Origin: Chrysomallon squamiferum | Taxonomy: Eukaryota; Animalia; Mollusca | NCBI GenBank assembly: GCA_012295275.1 | Contig: CM022666.1 | Location: 3,658,001 to 3,722,000 of the forward strand | DNA: 64,000 nucleotides | Direction of reading: 5' to 3' | Shown: in pieces, positions 1 to 12,307 of the stretch | Layout: each line of letters begins with the position of its first letter | Position numbering within the stretch: the first letter of the stretch is position 1 | Made by a program: the position numbers and the translations under genes | The notes under the pieces: generated by a model | What the model saw: only the letters and a program-made list of their open reading frames with translations | What the model was told of the DNA's origin: nothing | The model's database searches: none

Positions 1-397
1 TCTTTGGTAATGGTGATATTTTTATTTAAAGTACACATCTTTAAATCAGTTTTTAATTAATGTCACTGAGTTTTTTCCACAATCCAAGTAATTCAGAAAT
101 TCTTGCAGTTTTTGTAAATGGCACAAGAGCAGAATTTTTTTTTTATTTTATTTATCACTAACAATATCTAAAGCATACATCATAATATTTGGCTCATATA
201 CTGACCCTTTCCAATACAAAAAAAAAAAAAAAAAAAATTAGAAATAATAATAAATAAAATAAATAAAAAATAAAAATAGCATATATAAAAATATATAAAT
301 AAATAAATAAATGATGTTAACCTATCTAGCATATAATGTATTTTGTAAACTCGAACATTATTAAAACAAAATAATAATTATTTCAACAAGAGCGTAC

Positions 398-645
398 CCC
401 CTTGACTCCCTTCTTAAGTTTGTCGTCAATAAATAAAGAAAGGAACTCTGGCGATTTTGTGTTGAGATTAATGAAGTACTCAAAGTCACTAGAAATCATC
501 TGTTTGAACTGCTTGTCATCACTGAAAGACTCGTGAAGAAAATGGTCAAACCGATCTTTCAAATCTAACAAACTCTGGAAAAAAAAAAAAAATAAATAAA
601 TAAATAAGCAATAATAACAAAATAAATGAATTTGAAATTAAAAGG

Positions 646-676
<31 letters not shown>

Positions 677-3235
677 CAAAAAAAAATAAACAAAAAAATG
701 AATTATAACAAAATTTAATTAAACATAGTCAAGATTCTTTTTACCTGTCAGTCCCTCCCTACCTCTCTCATGCACTCACATATACATGCATGCATGGACA
801 CAGTTAACTTTACAAAGTATTATTTTCTGAACTAATTTAATGTCCCAATACACACACAACAATACATCTTTAATTATTTTAATAATGTAAAAAGTCAGCA
901 ACTTACTTTGATAAAAGAAACAACACTTCAGCATTAATACATAATATACCTTTTTCATCTGAAGAATTAGTACTAGTTACAGGAAACAGCACTTTGGGAT
1001 TTCACCTTGGGATTTCAAGGAGTTCCTGACATGCCTGTTAACCCTTTGCACCTGATTGTGCAGAACATGTCATGCATATTTGGTATCTTTTCATATCCTT
1101 CAGGCATTCCTTCAGACATATCAGGTGGGTTTTAACTCCAAAGATGAGTTTTTGGTCTCAGCGAAGTGCATACATGTAGAAAATGTACTTTGTAATGCAT
1201 TGTATCAATCATTCATGCAGATACACATTTTTTAAATCTATATTATGGCTAAACAAAAAATATTGCGAGAAGGTTAAGCATCAGAAACACCTAGTTCACT
1301 CAAATTTATGTGAATTTTATGCATATATGTAGGCTACAATGTACACTCGGTGATCAAGAGAGATGGTGATTCCTAACATCCAGAATTGATCATTCAGGTT
1401 TTAGTTAATCAAATGTTAATGGCAGAAAAGGTGTTATTTTCATGGACGTGCATTTTTTTAAATCTATATTGTGGCTAAACAAAAAATATTACACCCAGGA
1501 AATTTTTATATGTTTTAGTTAACGTGGGAGATTAAATTTCAATAAAGGTCATCTAAAGGTCACGTGATCCACATGGTCAATTTTATGAAGATTGGCCCAG
1601 TAGTTCCTGAGATATGAGGATTCAAAGGTTGGTAATCATGCTGATTTTTGCCAAAAATCTGAAAATTCGGAGGGTTATATCTCCCACACCACTTGTCTGA
1701 GTGGCCTAAAATTTCAGATCTGGTGCTGTGGGATCCCAGTCAACAAGCATACCACATTTTATAGAAATCTGAGACGGTCGGGTTTAACCCATTGGGTGAT
1801 TTGACACAGAATGACCCAGTGTTATTTATCTAGATTTAGAAAATGGCTCCTTTGCCAGCTCAAAATATACCTTTTATCATTTCAAAAACTTAATAATGTG
1901 TACCTGGATGTAGGAAATGGCACTTTTACCCTCTTCTACATCCTCCACTGTAAGAGCTCGTCCCTGTTCTCGAAGATATTTGCTAATACAATCACACATT
2001 GTTCTCAAGCCCTGCAACACACGATAGAACAACTTGTACATGCAAGCCAAGTCTGAAAAAAAAGAGAGAGAAAAAAAACAATTTTAAAAATCAAATGTAC
2101 TCTCATTTTTATTATTTCTTTATTATTTTGTCGGTCTGTTCATTAAATTTATTTTTCTCTGTCTAAAAGAAACGCTTTGTACTGGTAGCACTTTCTTTGA
2201 GAAGGTGTAGTAATTAATAAATTCAACTGTTTCAAATGTAATTTGTTTCTTTTACTTTTTATTATATCTGTCTATTTTGTAATGTCAAGGTTATCAGGAC
2301 ACAATTTGATAGTTTATTACTAGAAATTATTTTTATAAATTTATAACATGAATATTAAATATAACAGACACAAGTGAAAAAAAAAAGATTATAAATTAAA
2401 AGATAATAGTAACAATAATAACAACAGAAATATTAAATATAATAGTCACAAATGAAAAAAAAGATTATAAATTAAAAGATAATAGTAACAATAATAACAA
2501 CAGAAATATTAATAGTAATAATAATTTATTAATAATATAATAATAATAACAATAATAATAATAATAATAATAATAAAAACTTCTGGCAAACAACAAATAT
2601 TACAATTATAATTATAGCAGCAAAATATAATCAGTAAAATAAAAATTATGGTTTTGGGGAGGGTTTTCAAGTAATGTTTGTTGTTTTTTTAAATGTGTTT
2701 TTTTTTTCTTTCTTAAAACCAGTTTTGTCTTTGAATAATGATATAGTAAATATATACAACAGATACAGTCTAGGTTGGGTTTTTTTTCCCCTTTACATGT
2801 TTTTCATTAATTAATAGAATGTCCTACCATCAGTTTTGTTGTTTTCCAGCATATGAACAACACCAGAGTTTTCCATCTACAAAATGAAAACAGATGAAGT
2901 TTGTTTATACTGAAATTTTACATTCTCTGTAGATTTTCCTGAACATTCAAAGTAAATATGACATAAGCCAAAGTTGTCTGGACAGGAGTTTGGAGTTTAG
3001 TTGTTTTTGGGATGGTTTTAGATATAATGCATCTCCTGACATAAGAATATGGGGTTCCCGTTTTAATTTCAGATTACTTCTGCAAAATATGGATAGAGAT
3101 TAAGATAAAATGTGCTATAATTTTGAATTAATTCTGTTGAGATTAGATACAGGTAAAATAAATGTTTAGATATAATTATAAAAATTACCGTTTTATTCAT
3201 TTTCGTATTTAACCCTACATCCAATCATTTTTTTA

Positions 3236-3270
<35 letters not shown>

Positions 3271-6200
3271 AAATTATGTTATAAAACACAGAGTTTAACA
3301 ATCAACAGTAAAAGATAAAAATCTAAATTTAAGTCAGGTCAATCTCTTATATGTTTTGGCAAATAATACAAATCTAAGTAGCTATTTGGTTTCTATTTTA
3401 AATTGGTATTGGCGAGAAAAGGTGATAGTGAGTTAATTATATGCTGAATAAAAATAAAAATAGATTTTATGACAATAATGTAACACCATACCTCTACAAT
3501 AGTCTTCATATGTTTGCATATGAGTTCATCTTCCAAGACCTAAAATAATAATAAAAATAATAAAAATTGCAATAAATATATATATATACATATGTATATA
3601 TAAAATTAAACAAATAAATATATAATTAAAGAAACAAACAAAAGGAACAGTATTAATATGACACTTACTTAATACAATAATACTGTTATAATTATGATTT
3701 TCATACATTTAAGATGCAGTATAAAACTGTTATTCAGATTCACTAAAAGACCTTTGAAAAAAATGATGTCCTCACTTTCCTGAATAACATTAAAGAATGC
3801 AGGTTTTAAAAATGTGTGTATAAAACAGAATTATTCTGATTTAAAATATAACCAGTAGCTTAATTAGTTAATCAATAAAATAATTTGAAATCCATCCACA
3901 AAAAAAAAAACACCTCACAAAACTGATGATGTAAAACAAATGCAACAAAAGAAACAGAATAAATATTTGGTTTTGCCCCAATGGAAATACTGATTAAACA
4001 AATAGATACCTTTACAATGGGGTCTTCTGTACTTTTGTCTAGGTAATGCTTGGCTCTTTCTGCTTCCTCGTTAATCCGAGCTTCAACTTTCTTTATGTAC
4101 ACCGAGGCACTGTTTTCTCCCAGAAATTTCTGGCTCTCCAACTGTAGCAAAAACAAAAAAAACAGAGTAATTCAGTCAACACTACTGTCTGTTTCTCTAA
4201 TTTAAATATCTATTAAATATTACTAGCATGCTTAGTAATGAAGACTGCCTAGATTTAAATTGGTATTTAATATTACTAGCATACCAAGTAATGAAACGGG
4301 CCTAGGTTTAAATGTCTTTTGAATATTACTAGCATGCATAGTATTAATGAGGTGTATGTGTCTTTCATTGTTTCTTTCTTTCAGTATTTTCTTCTTTTAT
4401 AAGCAAACTGAGTTAATTAAGATCTTGAAACAAATACCCATGCACGCACAGACCTATGATAATAAAGACAACAATAACCACAGACTAGATTTAAGTAAAA
4501 CAGAAATCTGGACTGCACACATTTATTCTGTTTACTGCAGTTTCAAATCAAAATTGTTCACAGATATTAAGATATAATAATAAAAATAAAAAAATTTAAA
4601 TTTTTTAAAAAATAACAGACCCTGTAGAATTCTGCAGATTTCTCCAAGAATGGCTTTTCAAAGTCCTCTTCATACACCCCTCGGGAATCAATCCCAAGAA
4701 CCATGAGCATCTGACAAGCATTCTTGACAGCTCCCCTTAAACATTATCAATTACATTTTACTTACAACAGACGCAACAGTTAAACATACGATAAAGAACC
4801 ACTCAGATAAAAAGTCCATTTTTGCTCATTCAAAAAAAGAAATAAAGAAAAAAGAAAAAAGAAAAAAAAGGTATCACACCATTTTCTTTAAATAAAAATA
4901 AACAGGTTTACTACACTTACATACGAGAAATTTATTTTTAATATCCTGTTTTATTTTTTTGTTTTTTTCATAATTTATTCCATTGTTACTTTAAACATCA
5001 GGCTTGGTTTATACATACAGAATTCCCAGCTATACTAGTTCTGTTTTCTTGTAACAGAAAAACATCATTTCTACCTGTCAACAACCTCCCCTTTCCTCTC
5101 TTTGGCCACCATGTCTAGCAGTGTGGTTTTGAGATGCTCTCGGATGACAGGATACCTTACCACTTCATCTCTGAAGATAATTAAACCCAGGTTGTACACA
5201 TTATCAACATTGTTCTGTTGAACATAGACCCGATCCTAAATGAAACAAAAATAGTTATAAAAATGTCATCAGCTCATGGGGTATTCTTTTCGAGTAGAAA
5301 AATAATTATCTTAATGACACTCCAGTGCCAAAAAAAAACTACGTAAGCATCGGTGTCTTGTAGGTACTAAGAATGAAAAAATCGTGTAAAACGTAAATAA
5401 TTTTAAAATACCAAATATAAAAGAAATTGAGATTAGGAAATTTGATTTTAAAATTAAGATAAAAAAATGGAAAACAGTTATCAATAAATATAGAAAGAAA
5501 ATACAAAGACAGACATGGAAGTTTTAACTAGATATGATATTAATGATAGTTTAATCTGTGAATAGATGCTAGCTCAGAAAAATATTAGCTTCTGTACATA
5601 TACGTACCATGTACATTAAAATGTCTCTTATCATCACCATGGACGTCTGATGATCATTCCATGCTGTGTTAAGAGTCTGAAGAAAGTTGTTGTTTAGAGC
5701 TGCGAGAACATCAGCTCTTACCTGGATAATAATAATAATGATGATGATGATTTTTCAAAATATATTCTATTATTTATTTTTGTTTATTAATTCTTTTTTG
5801 TTTTTTCTTTTTGTTTTTTTAAACTTAAGAGAACAGATACTATAGCTACCTTGTTCACCAAATGTTCCCTGACTACTTCATTCAGCCCATTGTAGAGTTT
5901 TTCACCATGTTTATGTAACACCATTGTGTAGGCATTTCTGTATAACTCTTCAAAACTGAGGCCACTGTTGTTCTTTTTCTGGATTTCTTGGATGGCATTC
6001 TTTAGCAATAACCAGATATTGTTCACATATTTTTCATCCATTGTCATCTAGCAAAATAATTTTATGTAAAATTTATTTATTAGTATTTTTTTTTTTTTTT
6101 TTTAGTTTTATGCCTTCAAGATATGAAAGATAAATTCTGGCTGACACTAAATACATTTTACTTTCCATTTAGTTTATAAATTTATAATCAGTTTTATAAA

Positions 6201-6944
6201 TTAATAATAATAATTTTTTTAAATAAATAAATGTCAATTCTATAATCAAAATTTATTTACAGATAAATAATTTTGTTGAGAAACTCACTTATTAATAATA
6301 AAGTTTTGTTATATTATGTTTTATATATATATATAAACTTTATAATATGTCATAATTTATTATTATTAATAATTGAGTTTCTGAACAAAATTATTTATCA
6401 TGAAATTAATTTTAATTATAGAAATGACATTTTTTTAAAATAAACAAATGTCTTATTCAAAAATATATTACTGTTGTTATAGGTGTGAATGATGCTTTTT
6501 ATGCTAGTATATGTTATTTTGATGTTTTATTTATTTTTAGGGCAGAGTAATCAATACTCCACTTGTGTACATCATTGTTATGATTACTGGAAAAATAAAC
6601 AAATCAGAAATTGGGCATGGCTGGGTTGTCATTTCATAAGCGTATTTTAATAGTTAAACTTAGTTTTTAAGATTACTTTAACATCTAAATGCATGTCAAA
6701 TAAAAATATTAAACAAATATACTAGTAAATTAACACAAATTTCAAAATAACAGACTTATTATTAAACCTAATACATCAAGTCCTACTGTATGTCATGATT
6801 TTACATTTTCTGAAGATGCGTGTATTTTGTAGAGACAGAAAGCACTTTCAACACTAAGCAACTTAAACTCACAGGGAATGCACGGATTCGCATCTTCGTG
6901 TCCTTTCTTGCTTGAGTTCGGGGTAACATTCCATTATTCGACAT
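398..6944 (-). CDS. CUL3: Cullin-3, 5' portion (10 coding exons; gene continues beyond the left edge)
   Basis: Exons: 6873-6944, 5850-6047, 5608-5721, 5075-5235, 4621-4735, 4010-4141, 3492-3539, 2828-2876, 1904-2052, 398-574. All introns GT-AG with matching phase. Translation contains CUL3 signatures [73 protein letters not shown] and [19 protein letters not shown]. Confidence 0.97.
1000..1817. mobile_element. Probable truncated non-autonomous DNA-transposon remnant in a CUL3 intron
   Basis: GC-richer block than its flanks, with an internal ~38-bp direct repeat (~1226-1264 and ~1451-1490). It ends in GGGTGATTTGACACAGAATGACCC, which resembles MITE termini I recall from other aquatic animals. 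No matching left terminus seen; left boundary approximate. Confidence 0.4.
2351..2510. repeat. Tandem duplication, ~78-bp unit x2
   Basis: AATATTAAATATAA..CACAA.TGAAAAAAA..GATTATAAATTAAAAGATAATAGTAACAATAATAACAACAGA occurs twice head-to-tail. Confidence 0.85.
4195..4350. repeat. Degenerate ~53-bp tandem repeat x3
   Basis: Core AATATTACTAGCAT recurs at ~4216, 4269 and 4322 with similar downstream sequence. Confidence 0.75.
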
Positions 6945-8336
6945 TTTGACGTTTTTTTCTGTTTGCGAGACAGCACTTGGTGAAATGTCACAGTAATTAA
7001 TAATTAACAGAATCTGAAATGATATTTTACACAATCTATTTATATTTGAAAAGAAACTTCGTTTTCCAGAATATATGTGCTGCAAGAAACGACCCAAGTC
7101 ATACTGAACAGCTGAATTCTAAGTTCAATTTACATTATCGTCCGCCATTAAATCAAGCCAGTTTACTCATTTATGTGAATAAACGAGATATAATAATTAA
7201 TTCTCCTATTTTGTGAGTCTTCCATTAAGAAAACCAGCTGTGAAATATTAATCACTCTTTCATTCTTACAAAATATAGCTAATCACTAATATTAATAACT
7301 AAGTCACAACTATTTTAATTACGAAAATATAGTTCACAAGAGAAGATGGCGGCGTAATTTCGATAACTAAACGTCACTTCCGAATAGAGTTCGTTTTAGA
7401 TTTATCGAAGTTTTATTTTTATCATCATGTAATTATTTAAAAATATTGTTGATGTCACTGAGGTTTTCCTATATCTATTTGTAATATGGTACCCACTAAA
7501 TTTCTAGTAAAGACATAAGGAAGTTCTCTGTCACTGCGTTTATGTACATCAGTGTCGTGTTGTTTAATGGAAATAAAAGCTATCAATGAATGAATGATAG
7601 TATCATACTACTACAACTTCTACTACTGCTGCTGCTTCTACTACAGCTTCTACTATTACATCTATAACGTTTTTCTGTATTTTAAATAAAACATCTATTA
7701 TATTATGAATGGTGAAGAAAACAAGTTTGATATATATCTCGATTTAAATAAATAATTAATATGTAATGATATATAACAAATTTAGATAAAGAAATTAATA
7801 TACGTCACCTTCAGTTTATTTTGAAACCCATATAATAATTGAATTTGCTTATCATTATATATATAAATGGAAGTTTGAATTTACAATTTTTATGATAAAT
7901 CATAATAATTGTTAGCATCAGTAAATTATTTATTTGCAGTCGAAGGAATAACTTCTGTAATGAAAACCTATGCAGTCTGGAAGCCAGAATTAACATTTTA
8001 ATGCAGTTTATAAATTTTTTATTTGCACCGATAGGGGTAACGTCTGGAATAATAAAAAGGTAAAGTAAAAATTAAATCGGCAGAATTCGGAATATCTCGT
8101 AGAAGTACGTCAGCGCGATCTAACATAATTGACTGGTAATAGATACAGTTTTAGTTTCAATTGAATCACATCTATTTGATTGTGGATTATTTACGTAGAA
8201 CTGGTTAATAAAAACAAAACGCGAACTGCGCATTAAATTTGACAAGACGTTTCGTCAGCTGAACTTCCTCAAATGTTTATTCTCATCTGAAACACAGTTG
8301 CCAGCAAAGTTGCGTGCCACAAAGGTTACAAGCACC
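6945..8336. promoter_or_regulatory. Bidirectional promoter region CUL3/PINK1
   Basis: Divergent ATGs are 1.39 kb apart and CpG is locally enriched. YY1-type motifs occur in both orientations (CCGCCATT 7142-7149; AAGATGGCGGC 7343-7353), with an ETS-type ACTTCCG at ~7376. Confidence 0.65.
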
Positions 8337-10307
8337 ATGGCCACCCACTTGTGGGCAGCGGCCACTAAAGGTGCTGAAGTGACATTCATTAGCAAGTACG
8401 CTAGCCATGCTACAAAACAATTTCGTAATGCTTTCCAAAACTTGTTTCAAAAGTCTGGAAAGCAGCTCTTGGCTAGCAAAACTGAAACGATATGTCAGAT
8501 TAATCGTGTACAAAGATCAAAACAAGTTGATGTTGTATCGCTTAGCCATGACATATTTACGAAATTTTTCCCTCAGACGTCAGTGCAGACTTCAGCTTCA
8601 AACTGGAGACTTTCTGCAGCTAAGAAATTGCTTAGCTCAGGTTTTGGGAAAACGAAAAATGTGTCGGTTTTTGCATTCGTTGGCCTTTGCTATGGTTTTC
8701 ACGCGGAGTCACGTCTGACAATAAACCATGAATTCGTTTGCACAGAAATTCGGGTTTGAATGTTTTCCTTTTGATTCTGATATATTTTGTCATTTTAATA
8801 TCAAAATAAATAAATAAAAGCGAAGAGATAGATATTACATTGATGTTATCCTTTTAATGTCTTTTTGGTAAAACAAAATAATAATAATAAATAAAAAATC
8901 GGAATTATTTAAGCCAGTTTTAAGAATATATTTCAAAATAATAATAATTTTTAAATTATCAAATGAAAATGTTAGTAGAACATTAGCTTCATTTTTTACT
9001 CTTTTTTTTATTTTTTAAACTATAGAAAAAACTCTGTATAAAAGAAATATTCTAATCGATGGAGTACAGCCTGCACTTATATCCATGGTATCTGATGAAT
9101 TAAAATAAAGTGTGTCATAGATTTTGAATAACATGGTTTCTCTTCGTAATTTATATTATTAATCTAATTTTAATGTTGGAAATTTCTCAGAAAAGTAATT
9201 AATATTGTGCATTTATATAACTGATTATATAAGTGTACTATATATAGTTATATACTTTTCAGAACCTTTTTGATGACATCCACTTCACAGACAATTCAAA
9301 GACACACGTTGGAACAGATGTGAAAGTTCAAAATTTTCAGTTTGGCAACTTCATTGCAAAAGGAAGTTGTTCAGCTGTTTATGAGGCCAAACTTGTTACT
9401 GATGTATCATCAGATAATACTTCTGGTATGATTTCTTTTTAATCTGATTTATTTGAAGAATGATTAAAACCCTGATACTGTATTTATGTAAATAATGAAA
9501 TATATCATCATATGTAAAGTGATTCATACTGATTCAAGAAAACAAAAAACAACAACATTGGAGCAGTGCTTAGCACACAAAGAAGCATTCTACAACTGTT
9601 CAGAAGTATTTTCACATTATTTTCTGTTTATATTTACTCATTTCTTTTCTTTACATATCTGTATTTGTCTGTCTGCAGAAACACACATTGTCCATCTATT
9701 AAGCTAAACATATTTCAAGCTAAATTTACTGTATGGTATTTTCTTTCATTTAAAAACTTAAAGAATATTTTTCTGGATTATATTTTCAGAAGGACTTTTA
9801 TCAGAGGTTGGTGACAGCATGGACAGTCTCACTGACTCCCTAACAAGAGAATTTCCAGAAACTTCTCTTCACTCTGTAGAAAGAGTTACACAACTTGAAG
9901 ATAGTTTGTCGTCTGAAAGTGATGATGCTGATGTTTTTGTTGCAGTCAATGAATCAGAAGTTTCGTCTGAAGATGATGATATCAGTGTTGTTGGTGATGA
10001 AAGTGAATACGAAACAGTGTCTCCAAATGCATCATCATTGAACAGCAATCTTGGTATCATGTTAGCTGAATCAGTAATTGATAAGTTTCTAACTGATCAT
10101 GAAGAAGATCACCAAAGAAACAACACAGGTAACTAGATGTTTAAATCATATCATGTTTTCAACACAAATGTATAAAAAATAAAAAATTATATTTTTGGTT
10201 ACTCACTCCAAACATTTTAAAATACGTTTTCAACACAGTGAATGTGAAAAAATACTTTGTTACAATTGTTCTTCTTGTTGTTACCATTATTATTATTGCT
10301 GTTGTTA

Positions 10308-10338
<31 letters not shown>

Positions 10339-12273
10339 GAGTCTTAAGAGTATGAATTTTTTTTTATCAAAGTATACAGTAATTTCTGATAACTAATGAC
10401 ATTAACCTATCATTAAAAATAAAGGTATTTACAATACTTTTATTTTATTTAGTTATTTTTAAGTGATTGTTTACTATAAATTAATAACAGTATGTAAAAA
10501 GTCTTTAAAAAAGAGATATTTTACAGTATTTAGCAAGTAAAAAAAAAATAGCAAAAAATATATTGTAGGAATGCAGTTTTCAGAAGAGGTACAAGATGGA
10601 AGTCTGAATTCCAGGAACGATTTTGATTTGGCTGTAAAAATGATGTTCAACTATTATGCTGAATCCAGTGCAGAGGCTGTTACCATGGCAATGGAAAAGG
10701 AAATGGTACCAATGAAACTGACTCCTCCTGCCCCATCTTTGTTCGACAGATGGAAATTCAGGTGACAAAAATGGCCTAGCGCTATTCATTTCGGAATTTT
10801 GAAATTTTGATGAAAAGTAACAAAGTTGATTGATATGTGGAAATTTAATTCAATAATTATAATCATTTATATAGATCTTTCTGTGACAGCTGCCCTTTGA
10901 TAACTGATCAAAGCTTGTTAATAACAATTTATATGCGTGTATGCAGTTTGAGTAAATTTCGCTATTTATTTTGTTTATCCCCAGGATGAAAAAGAAAACT
11001 TCAAGCATACCACCACACCCAAATATTGTTGATATGAGGGGAGTGTTTGTCGACCAGGTTGCTGATTTCCCAGACAAGTTTACACACTACCCAGCAGCAC
11101 TTCCCCAAAGATTAAATCCAAATGGGTTGGGACGCAACATGACTATGTTTCTTGTAATGAAGCGGTGAGTTCATTTTAATGTATTTTTATTTGCATTTAT
11201 AAATTAATTTCAACAACTAATTTAAATTTATTTACATTTCTAAATTAATGTCAACAAATAATTTATTTTTATTTGCATTTATAAATTACTGAAATCATAA
11301 ACACTTTCACTTTTTGTCCCACCCCCTCTCTCTCTCTCTCTCTTCTTCTTCTCTCTTTCTCTCACTCTCCCCTGTTACGCTCATTTTTATTTTCACATAC
11401 TCTCTCTATCCACCTTCCGAGAAATAATTTATCTGTGCATACAAAGAAAACTTAATAATGGCACTAACTAATTAGGTACGGTAATGACTTGTGCAACTGG
11501 CCTAAACACATACTGTTTACTTCCAAATGGTTAATTTATTTATAAAACTGATGGCAAATCTTTACCAATAATAAAGTATTACATTAAAAATAACAAAGTC
11601 ATCTGGATAACTTTGACTATAATATTTTCCTTGTTACCATGACACCATTTTACATGAAGTATTACTAAAGATACTCAGTCACAAATTTTTGAACATAGCC
11701 TACATAGAATAAGGTTACAATAAAAAAAGAGACAGTGTCTTTGTTAAGCTGTCTTTTGAAATATTTACGGTGTGTATATAAAACAAAATTTCAGGTATAC
11801 GACAACTCTTAGAGAATATTTGAAATCTGAGGCGCTTGATGTTTTTACACGTTGTCTTCTCATCAGTCAGATACTCGAAGGGGTAACCTTCTTGAGAAAT
11901 TCAGGAGTTGCACATCGCGATTTAAAAAGTGACAACATTTTGGTGGATATAACAGATCAGAGTGAGAATTTTCTGTGTATTGTTTCTTGTTGTTTGTTTT
12001 TTTTGTCTTTATACGATTAACGTATTTGGGCTAATATACATTTTTATTCAAGTCCTGTTGTTGTTATTGTTGTTAATTTACTATTATTAATATTATTGTA
12101 TTGTATTTCATTATATTACATTATATTGCATTACATTATTATTGTTGTTGTTCATGTTAGTAGTATCAGTGTAAGTATTATTACCGTTGTTACATGGCTA
12201 TTAATGTATTTCAACATTAAAATTTAAAATATTTCTATTTTTATGTTCATATCACTCTAATATATACTGTGTG

Positions 12274-12307
<34 letters not shown>

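Noticed and set aside
3540-4009. CUL3 intron starting GTATCT as a possible U12 intron
   Set aside because: The donor is GTATCTAT rather than GTATCCTT, and there is no TCCTTAAC branch point near the acceptor.
8298-8336. TTG/GTG starts in the ORF track for PINK1 (8298), PPM1L (21106) and RCBTB (21817)
   Set aside because: Artefacts of prokaryote-style start calling; good-context ATGs lie at 8337, 21094 and 21841.
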